This document shows positions 39,163 to 51,997 of a stretch of DNA of 64,000 bases, piece after piece. Source of the DNA: Eledone cirrhosa (taxonomy: Eukaryota); assembly GCA_964016885.1 (NCBI GenBank), contig OZ024745.1:101742001-101806000 (forward strand). The letters are read 5' to 3'. Under the pieces are notes generated by a model. That model saw nothing but the letters and a program-made list of their open reading frames with translations, did no database searches and was not told where the DNA came from. The number at the start of each line of letters is the position of its first letter. The first letter of the stretch is position 1. A program made the position numbers and the translations under genes.

Positions 39163-39476
39163 TTATCCCTTTAGCATTTAAACCGGCCATATCTGGTCAG
39201 AATTCTCTCACTCTTTCTGTTCAAACCAACCAAAACTGACTGCTTATACTTATGTTAAGGTATTGTTCTCAAAATAAATAATATCAAAATTTCATAGATT
39301 TGATATCATGTGAGATAAAGTGTTTACCAAAAAAATACAATAGTAAGTATAGAGTAATCATCATTATCATCAACACCGTTTTCCATCCGTTCTTCCATGC
39401 TAACATGGGTTAGATGGGTTGTCCTGTTGTGGGCTGTGTCCAGTCGGCTGAAGTAATGTAAATGTTAAAGGGTTAC
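39163..39476. mobile_element. piggyBac-like MITE, family 1, interrupted by an RTE-tail fragment
   Basis: CCCTTTAGCATTTA ... TAAATGTTAAAGGG; insert at ~39357-39450. Confidence 0.65.
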
Positions 39477-40505
39477 GATAGCACTGAGAACTTCTGTAAA
39501 GAGTTAACAAAATGTTATAATTTTCCTCTGTAACTTACTATTTCCTCGTCCTCTTAACTAGTCATATTGGTGTGAATAGTTCAAGTGGTAGAGTGTGAAA
39601 GTCTGGCTAACATGTGTCACGACTATTGTAATAATCTCCAGGCAACTATTTTACAATCCTTGCTGTTTTCAAATCTCCTAAGTTTGTTTTCTATCTTAAT
39701 TAAAAGTGTGATTGAAAAAGTGAGATTTTGTTTTCATTGTTTATTGTTGGAACCTTTTTCTTAGAAAGTAATTTGTGTGTTGAATTATTTTATTTTATTG
39801 TTATTTTATATATTTATTTTGTATTTTGTATATATTGACTTTCAATTTTTCATCATCATGAATATTCTTTTAGATCAGTTTTGCATGTTATCATAGGTCA
39901 AACGGTCATTATGACCTGAGTCAGTTTTTATTTGGAATTTTTGTCCTTCTAGATGGGTTGCAGTACTATATCTCACTTATACATCCCATTTTTGGTATGA
40001 ATTCTGTGGCTAGTTGGTCTTTCTAACACTGATCATGTTATATAGTGTGTTTGGTGCATTTTATCTTGGTACCTGCACTAGAGATATTGTCATGACCTAC
40101 ATTGTCTCCATTTGATCACCAACCACTTTACAGAGTGTACTGGGTACATTTTAATGTCTTTCGATAAACAGCACTTAAGAGTAGTAATTTCAATTCAATT
40201 TTTCATATGAAAGCAGTTATATTTTGTTATACTTGCAGAAGGAAATATAGTTATAAACAAGAACTTTTAACATTTTTACAGCCTAAATAAAAGTTTTCTT
40301 TAAAAATATTGCTTCCTAAACATTATTATCCCGCCAAGGTTAACTTTGCCTTTCATCCTTACGGGGTCGTTAAAATAAAGTACCAGTAATGCACTGGGAT
40401 AATTGCTGGCCTTGTGTCAAATGTCGAAACAATTATTATTATGTGGGAAGTATGTCTCATGTTTAGCTTGGATTAAACTCTTCTTTTGTTCATTAATAAG
40501 ATAAC

Positions 40506-40772
40506 TTAACACTTTCGATATCAAACTGCCTAAAACCATCGCTAGGTTTATGCTTTAAAAAAAATGCTTATTTTAAAGAGTTCATGTTTAAATTCAAACC
40601 TTCCATTATAATTTTATGTAAGCACCTTTGTTAAGTTATATTCCAAACATGAGCTTAATAATGAGAAAGTTAGTTATATTACTAAATTCCTTCAAATTCT
40701 TGATTATTTTCAAACTTATTTGAAAAGCATAGGTAGTGTATTTCATTAGAAATATGGTAATGAAAGGATTAA
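40506..40772. mobile_element. piggyBac-like MITE, family 2
   Basis: TTAA ends; internal similarity to 26451-26700. Confidence 0.6.
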
Positions 40773-41196
40773 CAATGTGGTCACTATTCCATAATTATAG
40801 TATTATAAATGAAAAAGGAATTTTTTGTTTAAGCATCTCACATATGATATTGAAAGTTATTATCCTTAAGCTTGATATTTATGATTGAAGTGAATTCTTT
40901 TTAGCAAGAAGCCTACTCACACACTTAGTCAATATTCAGTCCTAATAATCAAGTTTATATACTGTCACTATCAATAGAGCCTGTCAGAATTGGGGACATT
41001 AATATATTGAACGCTGGTACATGCTGTATTATTGTGCATTTACATACACATAGCTTTTATAATGTCTTTTGTATTTTATTTGGAATTAGTCACGGCCTGT
41101 CGAATTCACCTTAAAATTTATTAGAGATTTACATCATCAATATAGGTAGAAATTGAATAGGAGCTTGCAATAGTTTAATCTGCTCTCTATATAACA

Positions 41197-41696
41197 CTAG
41201 CAGTGGTACCCGGCGTTGCACGGGATAATGTATTTTGGAACATGGGCTGCCAACAGACCTAATCGTGGAAAAACTGCATGCCTGGACAATATGTAAAGAA
41301 AATAAACCGAATACTCTGATGGCTGGATAATCTTTAAGATTTTTCTCGATGAAGCAGGTAAAATGCAGGTTTTCACCTAATGCGGGCCCTAGAGAAAATG
41401 AGTTTTTTTTATGTGCATAATATGCCTTAAAATTTCGGTAAAATCGGCTAGACGTAACGCCTCAAAAAGACCCTAAAAAGCTGAAAAAAATGAAGTTTTT
41501 CACCTAATGCGGGCCCTAGGGGATTAAAAAGTTGAATTTTTTATGTGCATAACACTCCCTGAAACATAAGTAATACACATGTAAAGTTTGAAAATAATCG
41601 GTTGAGTACTTCTTGAGTTTTAGGGATTCACAAACATACACGCACACACAGACAGACAGACAGAGAGAGAGACATCCTCAGTTTTATATATATAGA
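41197..41696 (-). mobile_element. Non-autonomous Helitron (Lep1/HINE-like)
   Basis: Minus A|TC...CTAG|T; hairpin CCCGGCGTTGCACGGG near CTAG; (GACA)n near 5' end; internal duplication of TTTTCACCTAATGCGGGCCCTAG. Confidence 0.8.
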
Positions 41697-41949
41697 TTAC
41701 TGAAACAGAACTTGCTGATTTTGTTATATCTGTCATTGACACAAATTTATTTGTTACCAGCAGACTAATAATTTTTAAATGGTTATATCTTTAGATTTAA
41801 CTCTCTGTTACTGATTTTAACTAAATACTTAGGTGGTTAAAAAAATTACATTAGTAGAAATCCAAATATACTGTATTCACTGAAAGGAAATATTTGGAAA
41901 AGTTTCCGCCAGAGACAATAGAAAGTTGGATATATATGTATATATATCG

Positions 41950-42146
41950 ACAGTCGATCGACTTTCATCAAATCGGACCGAGGAAAAAATGTTTCCGTTG
42001 GGCTTTCCAATTGCTAATACTTTCGACCGATTGCAACTCCTCATAGAAGGAGCAACGTGAAATAAAGTGTCTTGCCCAAGGACATCACCCGGTCCGGGAA
42101 TCGAACTCGCCTCACGATTGCGAATCCAATTCTCTAACCACTCAGC
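41950..42146 (-). mobile_element. Second SINE family copy
   Basis: Aligns with 5176-5393. Confidence 0.75.
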
Positions 42147-42286
42147 TATATATATATATGTATGTATATATATGTATATATATGTATACAGATGCATACC
42201 TATGTTAGCAAATATATATGTTTTGTCTTAGTAATTTTGTGGTTCTATGCAAGGGGATGCAGAACAATTATATATATATATGTATC

Positions 42287-42321
<35 letters not shown>

Positions 42322-42322
42322 G

Positions 42323-42356
<34 letters not shown>

Positions 42357-42398
42357 CAGATATATACATATATATATGTATATATATGTGTATATATG

Positions 42399-42443
<45 letters not shown>

Positions 42444-42539
42444 GTATATATATATATGTATATTTATATATGTATATATATATATGAATATATATATATG
42501 AATATATATATATATGTATATGTGAATATATATATATGT

Positions 42540-42573
<34 letters not shown>

Positions 42574-42588
42574 ATGTATGTATATATG

Positions 42589-42639
<51 letters not shown>

Positions 42640-42657
42640 GTATGTATATATGTATAT
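42147..42657. repeat. (TA)n/TG array
   Basis: Visible repeat, with a short non-repetitive insert at ~42190-42267. Confidence 0.9.
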
Positions 42658-42659
42658 TA

Positions 42660-43140
42660 TGTCAGGTCACCAGTTGGTGCTACTGGTAACATGTATCCCA
42701 GTACAACCTGTCCCATGGTCGGGTCGTTGGCGACTAAACTGGCAACCCCACCAAGGTTTCTTGGTGAGGAGGGTGACTTTGGACATCCTGCAGGACTAAA
42801 AACAAAACCTGTCAAAGGGCAAAGGAGCTCTTAAGAGTCAATGGCCATCCAAAATCACCGGGAGAGATGACCCCTTAGCCTTTGTCAAGGCAGAATTCTA
42901 GGAGAAGGAAAACTCTGATATAACACCTGCAACCCTGATGGTATCCAATGATGTTGACTTGTTCTTCTTTTTGGTAAATATCATCTTGGTTAAGAGAGTG
43001 GGACTGGCTTTGTGCAGTGCCTTTGCTCACTATAAAAGCTTCACGGCACAGGCATTGCTTTATATCTGGAGATCTCTCTGCACTTGTCGTCACATGGTAC
43101 CATGGGCCCAGCACTATGTGTCAGTAATTGTCACAAGTGT
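42660..43140 (+). mobile_element. Probable RTE-type 5' UTR / SINE fragment
   Basis: CTAGGAGAAGGAAAACTCTGA motif typical of RTE/BovB-type 5' regions; GC-richer than surroundings. Confidence 0.4.
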
Positions 43141-43267
43141 AGTGTTTGTACCAGAGTTTTCAAGTCGCTGGCTGGACTAAAAAGTCACACTCGTTCAGCG
43201 CATCGGTAGGGGTTCTCCTACATGGATATAAAGTAGTGGCCGTACTCGAAAACGAGTTGGCAGCCAC

Positions 43268-43381
43268 CATATATGTATATATGTATATATGTATATATAT
43301 ATATGTATATATATGTATATATATAAATGTATATATGTATATATATGTATATGTATATATATATATGTATATATATATATG

Positions 43382-43432
<51 letters not shown>

Positions 43433-44109
43433 GTATATATATATATGTATATATGTATATATATATATGTATATATATATATGTATATATATATATGTGT
43501 ATATGTATATATGTATATGTATATATATATGTGTATATATGTATATGTATATATATATGTATATATGTATATGTATATATATATGTATATATATGTATAT
43601 GTATATATATATATGTATATATATATATGTATATATGTATATGTATATATATATATATGTATATATGTATATGTATATATATATATATGTATATGTATAT
43701 ATATATATGTATATATATATATGTATATGTATATATATATATGTATATGTATATATATATATGTATATATATATATGTATATATATATATGTATATATAT
43801 ATACGTATATATATATATGTATATGTATATATGTATATGTATATATGTATATGTATATATGTATATGTATATATGTATATATATATATGTATATATGTAT
43901 ATGTATATATGTATATGTATATATGTATATGTATATGTATATATGTATGTGTATATATGTATGTGTATATATGTATATGTATATATGTATATGTATATAT
44001 GTATATGTATATATGTATATGTATATATGTATATGTATATGTATGTATATATATGTATATATGTATATGTATATATATATATATGTATATATGTATATAT
44101 ATGTATATG

Positions 44110-44140
<31 letters not shown>

Positions 44141-44160
44141 GTATATGTATATATGTATAT
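43268..44160. repeat. (TA)n/TG array
   Basis: ~900 bp visible repeat. Confidence 0.95.
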
Positions 44161-44585
44161 TATCTGCATGATGTGGAAAATGTTCCATCATCACTGCCCA
44201 AATGATGTTGGCATCGCCTTCAAGATACACCCAAGGCTTGGGCCCCGTGCTATCCGTCCCATTCAAAAATCTAAATCGCAACTCATAACAACAATACGGC
44301 ACAATTATTTCACCTCAATCGGCCCTGCTCTCTTCAACATCACACCAGGACACGTCAAAACAGAAACTGACCACACAAAATTCAAGAAGTCTTTGGACAA
44401 ATTCCTCCAAGTAATCCCGGACAAAATACCCACACCCGGATATGTCTCCGCAAACAGTAATTCTCTTCTCGAATGGGCCATGGTGCCCAAATCCTGAATT
44501 GAAAGACTTCGCCAGGTGGTGCTATTAAGTTAGACATGGCCTGGGCCAATACTGGCCAAAACATTTCAAAGTTATTCAAAGTTAT
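44157..44585 (+). mobile_element. CR1-group LINE 3' end
   Basis: [15 protein letters not shown]...GPALFN..P...[12 protein letters not shown]...GY...NSL; short TTCAAAGTTA tail repeat. Confidence 0.75.
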
Positions 44586-44692
44586 ATATATATATGTATA
44601 TATGTATATATGTATATATGTATATATATATATATATGTGTATATATATATATGTATATGTATATATGTATATATATATATGTGTATACATG

Positions 44693-45133
44693 TAAAGTTA
44701 TATTTAAAATTGTTGGGTTACAACTAGTAAATATTTATAACTGATATAAAAGCACTCGACAAATATTTGGAGTATATTTACAATATTAAATAAATGGAAA
44801 ACTATATTTATAAAACCATATTTATTTCATTATATATATTTCGGGGATATCATATTAACAATATGCTATGCCTTCATCAGACAAAATACAATATAAACAG
44901 TTTTATAGATAAATATATTCGACATACCGTAATAAACATCAACTTCATTTGAAGTAAACCTCTTCAAATGAAGTTGATGTTTATTACGGTATGTCGAATA
45001 TATTTATCTATAAAACTGTTTATATTGTATTTTGTCTGATGAAGGCATAGCATATTGTTAATATGATATCCCCGAAATATATATAATGAAATAAATATGG
45101 TTTTATGAATATAGTTTTCCATTTATTTAATAT
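44693..45133. mobile_element. Fold-back PLE pLTR remnant (172-bp arms) with mirrored hammerheads
   Basis: Arms 44783-44954 / 44962-45133 with 7-nt loop; tail 44693-44782 with motif 44753-44774. Confidence 0.8.
45029..45092 (+). ncRNA. Minimal type I hammerhead (mirror copy on minus at ~44824-44887)
   Basis: ATTTTGT CTGATGA AGGCATAGCATATT-GTT-AATATGATATCCCC GAAA TATATATA ATGAAAT; stem II partly decayed. Confidence 0.75.
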
Positions 45134-45332
45134 ATGTGTATATATATATATGTGTATATGTATATATGTATATATATATATGTGTATATATATATATGTG
45201 TATATATATATATGTGTATATATATATATGTGTGTATATATATATGTGTATATATATATATGTGTATATATATATATGTGTATATATATATATGTGTATA
45301 TATATATATGTGTGTATATATATATATATGTG

Positions 45333-45365
<33 letters not shown>

Positions 45366-45942
45366 GTGTATATATATATATATATGTATATATATATGTA
45401 TATATATATATATATATGTGTATATATATATATATATATGTGTATATATATATATATATGTGTATATATATGTGTATATATATGTATGTGTATATGTGTA
45501 TATATATATGTGTATATATATGTGTATATATATATGTGTATATATATGTGTATATATATGTGTATATATATATGTGTATATATATGTGTATATATATGTA
45601 TGTATATATATGTGTATATATATGTATATATATATATGTGTATATATATGTATATATATATATGTGTATATATATGTATATGTATATATGTGTATATATA
45701 TGTATATATATATATGTGTATATATATGTGTATATATATGTGTATATATATGTGTATGTATGTATATGTATGTATGTATATGTATGTATATATGTATGTA
45801 TATATATGTATATATGTATGTATATATATGTATATATGTATGTATGTATATGTATATGTATGTATATATATGTATATGTATGTATATATATATATATGTA
45901 TTTGTATTTATGTATTTGTATATATGTATATATATATGTATA
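45134..45942. repeat. (TA)n/TG array
   Basis: Visible repeat. Confidence 0.95.
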
Positions 45943-45944
45943 TC

Positions 45945-48475
45945 CTCATCATCATCATCATCGTTTAACGTCGATAATACACACTCGCATGGGTTTGGAC
46001 GGGAGTTTTCCCACTTGAGGCAAGACTGGTTGTCTTGCTTGCATAGGACTGTCTGGCGGGTTTTCTACGGCCTCATTTGTTTCGGCTTGGATGTTGTGGT
46101 ACCAACATAACTTTACATTGAAAGGGGTGGTGTGGATGGGGTGGGGGTAGTGGGACGGGGTGTATTTTGTTAGAGGTGCCTACTGACAGTAGTAGGTTTC
46201 ACTTTGCACTTAGGTAAGGCGGGTCTTCTCTATTACTGTGAAGCGCCAAAGATCTCGGTTCAGTGACATTGTCTTGGAGAGATGTAAGTGTGTGAGGTTG
46301 GAATTTATCAAGTCGTCCCAGGTTTTTATGGGTCTGGCTACCGTCTATTTTTATTACCCTGCACTTTTTTATACAGCTGTCGTCTTTCATGCGCATCACG
46401 TGACCATACCAACGTAGTCTTCTCTCGAGTAAACAACATCTGATCCCTCTTATTTCTAATTTCTCCCTTAGTTCGTCTATGCTTTGCCGTTCACGTATAT
46501 TACTATTACACATCCAGCGGAGCATGCAAGCTTCGTTTCTCTCCAGTCTGCGTACATCCTCTGCACACAATGCCCAGGTCTCACTGCCATGTAACATTGC
46601 TGTTTGTATGCAGGCATCATACAGCCTGCCTTTCATTTTTAGAGAGAACCCTTTAGCGGCCAATAGTGGTATAAGCTCTCTGAACTTTTTCCATCCAGTT
46701 CTGAATCTAGCTACTGTACTTTCAGAGCACCCTACCCCACTGCTGATTTTATCAACCAGGTAACAGAAGCTGTCTACTATTTCTATAGTACCATCTGTGC
46801 AATGGAATGAGTTAGTATTCTGTGGGCACTTGCTGCTACTTATTGCACCAGAGCACCGGCCACATATAAAATCTATATTCTTAGTTAGCTTACCTGTGAT
46901 CCCACTACATCTTTTATGTACCCATACTTTGCTTTTGGGACATAAAATGGAGTTTCTACCTACTCCTTTCCTACACACTCAGCATGGCCATTTCCCAGAT
47001 GAGACCGGTGCCCTATTTTCCTTCCTACAAACTAGAACTTTAGTCTTAGACAAGTTAACTTTAAGGTCTTTTGATTCTAGGCCATGCTTCCATGTTTGGA
47101 ATTTCTTCTCTAGTTCAGCCATTGATTCAGCTATGAGCGTTAGATCATCTGCGTATAGGAGTTCCCATGGGCAGCCAGTCTTGAACTCCTCTGTTATAGC
47201 CTGAAGGGCAATAATAAATAGTAGGGGGCTAAGAACAGAGCCCTGATGAACACCAACTTTTACGCTAAACTCTTCACTATATTCGTTGTTAATTCTAACC
47301 TTACTGACTGTTTCTTTATACATGGCTTGTATAGCTCTCACAAGCCATTCATCGACACCCTGTGTGACTTGGTTTACTATCTGGCTGACCATAGTGTGTC
47401 CCACCGTTCCAGATGCTTTCAGCATTTCGGCAACTATTTACGAAGGCCCGGCCGCCTTGCCCATCTTCATGTCTTTGATCGCCTTACTTATTATACTACC
47501 TTCAACTTATACTGCTAGTCCCTCTATTGGGTCGATATGGGGGAGACTGTCTTTCTCCTAATTATTCTCCTCATTTAGTAGCCTTTCGTAGTGACACTTC
47601 CAAGCTACCTTCTTATCAGCATCAGTGATGGCAAGTACACCATCATCATTTAGGACACACTTCTCCCCGACAATATCACTGTTTTCCTTGACACATTGCC
47701 TAGCAATCCTGAACCCCTCACGTTTTTGGTCCTCGCTTTGTAGAACATGCTTGAACTTTCTTTCCTCTGCTTCCCTTCTTGTGAAGTACACTTGTCTCCT
47801 AGCTTCCCTCCTGGCCACTTGATAGTCTTCTCTACTTCCCCCATCCCGCCATGCTTTCCAAGCCTGCTTTTTGGCCTTGATTGACCTCTCCACCTTACTG
47901 TTCCACCACCAAGTTACTCTCCTCCTGCCTATAGGCCTGCTCCAGCCACAGGTTTCATCTGTCGCCTTCAGCAGGTTAGCTTTCAGGAATTCCCACTGTT
48001 CCTCTATAGTATATGACTCTAATTGCTCTTCCTTACTATCAAAAGCATCAAGTAATATGCTTTTAAATTTATGACTGGCTGTGGGGTCCTTTAATTTCCA
48101 TATTTTTCTTCTGAGGATAGTCCTCTTCTGTTGTCGAGTACGTCTCGTCCTGACTATGAGGTCGCTAATTATGAGTCTATGTTGAGAGGTGCATTCTTCA
48201 TGGGGGAGGGATTTAGTGTTTACAACAGACACTCTGTCACGTCTCCTGGTAACGATATAATCTACCTGGCTTGTGTGTTCCCCCGATCTATAGGTGATCA
48301 AGTGATTGTCTCGTTTTTTGAAGTTAGTGTTACAGATAGTTAGGTTATTTGCGTCAGAGAATTACAGGATTCTGGAGCCTTCCTCATTTCTAGTACCAAA
48401 CCCATAGCCTCCATGGATTCTGTCATAGCCGTTGTCCAACGTGACCATTTCGGTCGCCAGCAATGATTATATAGT
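45945..48475 (-). pseudogene. RTE family A, 5'-truncated, with 348-bp in-frame internal deletion and stops
   Basis: ORF pieces 47558-48301, 46979-47425, 46199-46978; NQVTQ|GVDEW junction at ~47360. Confidence 0.9.
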
Positions 48476-48540
48476 ATATATATGTATATATATGTGTTTA
48501 TATATGTATATATATATGTATATATATGTATATATATATA

Positions 48541-51017
48541 TGAGCCCATGACAACTTGCACCCCCACCTTTAATCTTAAGGACCACAAATTAGATTTCCT
48601 AGATAAACCCACTATTAGATTAATATGCCCATCTAAGTCAGACATAGGTAAAATTAGCAAGCATATTTTAGATAGAATAATAATACAATTAAGGAATAAA
48701 CTAGTTATTAAACTTCGGGACAACACTAGTGACACAATTAAATGGTTTAATAGTATAGATAACAAAAATACCTTTAACTTTATACAATTCGACATTAATG
48801 ACTATTACTCCTCCATATCACCCGATACTCTAAACAAGGCACTAGAATTTGCGAAAGCCAACTCTGACTTAACCGACGACGAAATAAACATTATCCTAGC
48901 AGCTAGAAAGACGATAATTAAACTTGAAAATAACTTTTGGATACGTAAGGATAGAATAGATAACTTTGACATAACTATGGGTGCTAATGACTCAGCACAA
49001 GTTACGGATATTGTTGGTATATACATAGCCCACACCTTACATAATAAAGTTAGTTACCTTCAAGGTGGAATATATAGAGATGACGCTCTCCTATTAGTTA
49101 AAAACATGAATAAACAAAACATAGAACGAACCCGTAAGAGCATTAGAAGAACCCTAGATAGCCTTGGCCTTAAAATCACCTACGAATATAGTACCAAAGT
49201 AGTTAACTTCCTAGATGCCACCTTCAACCTCAACACCCAAATTATCACACCCTTTCACAAAAACAATGAGAACCTCACCTACATCCACACTAGCTCTAAC
49301 CACCCACTATCTATTATAAGGTCCGTGCCACATAGCATATCACTTAGAATATCCCGCCTCTCATCTAACCAACAAATATTCGATCAACACGCTGAATACT
49401 ACAACATTGCATTAGAACGGGCTGGCCACACCGATAAACTAGAATACATGGACCCACACAACCATAAAACACATAACCACAGACACGCCAAACGCCCCAC
49501 AAACACCTGCACACACGCACCTAGACCCCCTAATACTAACCACACCACAAATACAACAGCAACATCAAAGCAAAACAGAACATGGAGTAGATCTTACATT
49601 TGGTATAATCCTATTTTTAACTCTTCTATTAGCTCTAACTTACCTTCCACATTCTACAAAATTATAAAAAAACACTTTCCAAATTCACATAAATATAGTA
49701 GTATACTTAATACCAAAACAATTAGACTATCTTATTCCACTGCACCAAACCTAGACGCACACATTAAGATGCTCAACGCCAAAAAACTCCGTAACAACAA
49801 CACCCCAATCACTCAACACAATAATACACCTAATACACAACCACCCACTAACAATCAGTATGCACAAAACACACTCACACACACATCCCAGCCCACCTAT
49901 AACTCCACCACTGCCCATAACAGAAATTGTAATTGCCACCTTCCAGAGACTTGTCCATTGAATAACGAATGTTTGCATTCAAACCTAGTGTACAGGTGCT
50001 CGGTTGAGTCGGGCAACCAAACCTGGCACTACATAGGCAGCACTGCAAACACCTTCAAAACTCGTTGGTACACGCATCGTTACGCAATAAAGCACCACCA
50101 ACACCGTTACATAACGACTCTCGCCGACAAAATTTGGCACTTAAAAGGGAATAACCGACAATACACCCTTAAATGGACCAAACTCTCACATGCTCCTCCA
50201 TACCGGAGTGGGATGAAAACATGCCCGTTGTGTAATAATGAGCTCTTCCATATCCTAAGCTCAAGCCACCAACTACTCAACAACAAAATTGAAAGGTCAA
50301 TTTTTTGCCAGCATAAACTGAAAGCGAAATTCTCACACTTCAAACCTTCAACCAAATCCTAACACTACCTATCTTTCTACCCTAAATAACAATTCTACAC
50401 CCCTAAAAATAGACTATATATGAAATTTAATACTTTCTTCCTTCATCTGTTCTCTGGTAAGACTTTCGCCTGTCCACTTCCAAATGCCTCTTAAAATTCT
50501 ATCTTCCTTCTCTCTCCCTCTACTCATCACAACTTTTAGCACACGGCCCTCCTCCCCCTCCCTATACAAATCCTCTCACACCACACTATCTCTTTCTCCT
50601 TCTCTCCCTACCTCCATCCCTTTTCTCTCTCTCTATCTATCTCTCTCTCTCCCTCTCTTTTGCCCCTCTCTCTCTCTGTTCCTCTATCTTACACTACTAC
50701 ACCTTATTTCATGTCCTAAGGTCATTCCAACTTTGTATTTTGAAAATTCGGATGCCACAGTATCTTTCTTGATTGCCTATTATAACATAGTGTAGCAATA
50801 ATGGACTGAAATTCTGATGAAACAATTGTTAATACGTGGATTAAATTCTTTTGTAACTGTTTACCTTCGTCCTATTTCTCTTCTTTGATTACACTCCTCG
50901 TTTATTCGTGTTTCCACTACAGAATCCCTACCAACCTGTCGAGTCACCTTAACGTATGTTGAGAACTTTCCTCACAACTTGTTCTACCAAGCTTTGGAAT
51001 ACTCCTAATAACTGAAG
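48541..51017 (+). mobile_element. Penelope-like element (Naiad-type), 5'-truncated
   Basis: RT plus GIY-YIG ORF, CT-rich 3' region, ends in (TA)n. Confidence 0.92.
48548..50362 (+). CDS. PLE reverse transcriptase - GIY-YIG endonuclease
   Basis: LKDHK..RLICPSK, FDINDYYSSI, TMGANDSA, YRDD, VNFLD, SNHP, WYNP, CNCHLPETCPLNNEC, LVYRC..YIGST, CPLC; no internal stop. Confidence 0.9.
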   Translation: MTTCTPTFNLKDHKLDFLDKPTIRLICPSKSDIGKISKHILDRIIIQLRNKLVIKLRDNTSDTIKWFNSIDNKNTFNFIQFDINDYYSSISPDTLNKALEFAKANSDLTDDEINIILAARKTIIKLENNFWIRKDRIDNFDITMGANDSAQVTDIVGIYIAHTLHNKVSYLQGGIYRDDALLLVKNMNKQNIERTRKSIRRTLDSLGLKITYEYSTKVVNFLDATFNLNTQIITPFHKNNENLTYIHTSSNHPLSIIRSVPHSISLRISRLSSNQQIFDQHAEYYNIALERAGHTDKLEYMDPHNHKTHNHRHAKRPTNTCTHAPRPPNTNHTTNTTATSKQNRTWSRSYIWYNPIFNSSISSNLPSTFYKIIKKHFPNSHKYSSILNTKTIRLSYSTAPNLDAHIKMLNAKKLRNNNTPITQHNNTPNTQPPTNNQYAQNTLTHTSQPTYNSTTAHNRNCNCHLPETCPLNNECLHSNLVYRCSVESGNQTWHYIGSTANTFKTRWYTHRYAIKHHQHRYITTLADKIWHLKGNNRQYTLKWTKLSHAPPYRSGMKTCPLCNNELFHILSSSHQLLNNKIERSIFCQHKLKAKFSHFKPSTKS

Positions 51018-51542
<525 letters not shown>

Positions 51543-51880
51543 ATATTGTTATACTTGGGGAGGGTCATATTTGTGTAATATTGCCAGAATTAATAACAGA
51601 ACACACTCACTGTTTGGTTGGTTTTCGCTTCTCGCTGTCTTTTATATCTGCGATCTAACTTACTCGGTCCTCAATGTTGCCATTGACTGACCGACGGTCA
51701 TTGAGGACCGAGTAAGTTAGATCGCAGGTATAAAAGACAGCGAGAAGCGAAAACCAACCAAACAGTGAGTGTGTTCTGTTATTAATTCTGGCAATATTAC
51801 ACAAATATGACCCTCCCCAAGTATAACAATATTTGTCTCGAAACACGATTTCATATAAAAAATAAAAAACCTTGCTAAAC
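51543..51880. repeat. Fold-back element with 134-bp arms and ~48-nt tail, in (TA)n
   Basis: Arms 51543-51676 / 51699-51832, near-perfect. Confidence 0.85.
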
Positions 51881-51997
51881 TATATATGTATGTATATATG
51901 TATGTATATATATATGTATTTATATGTATATATATATGTGTATATATATATATATGTAAATATATGTGTATGTATATATATGTATATATATATATGT

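Noticed and set aside
41082-41107. Further copy of the bulged-hairpin motif (also 60697-60712)
   Set aside because: Only the TC-GA(A/G) half and part of the stems fit, so not counted
50800-50860. Hammerhead or SECIS in the PLE 3' region (CTGATGAAACAATTGTT)
   Set aside because: No stem II between core and GAAA (possibly deleted); no in-frame UGA in the visible ORF to need a SECIS, although some Naiad PLEs encode selenoproteins
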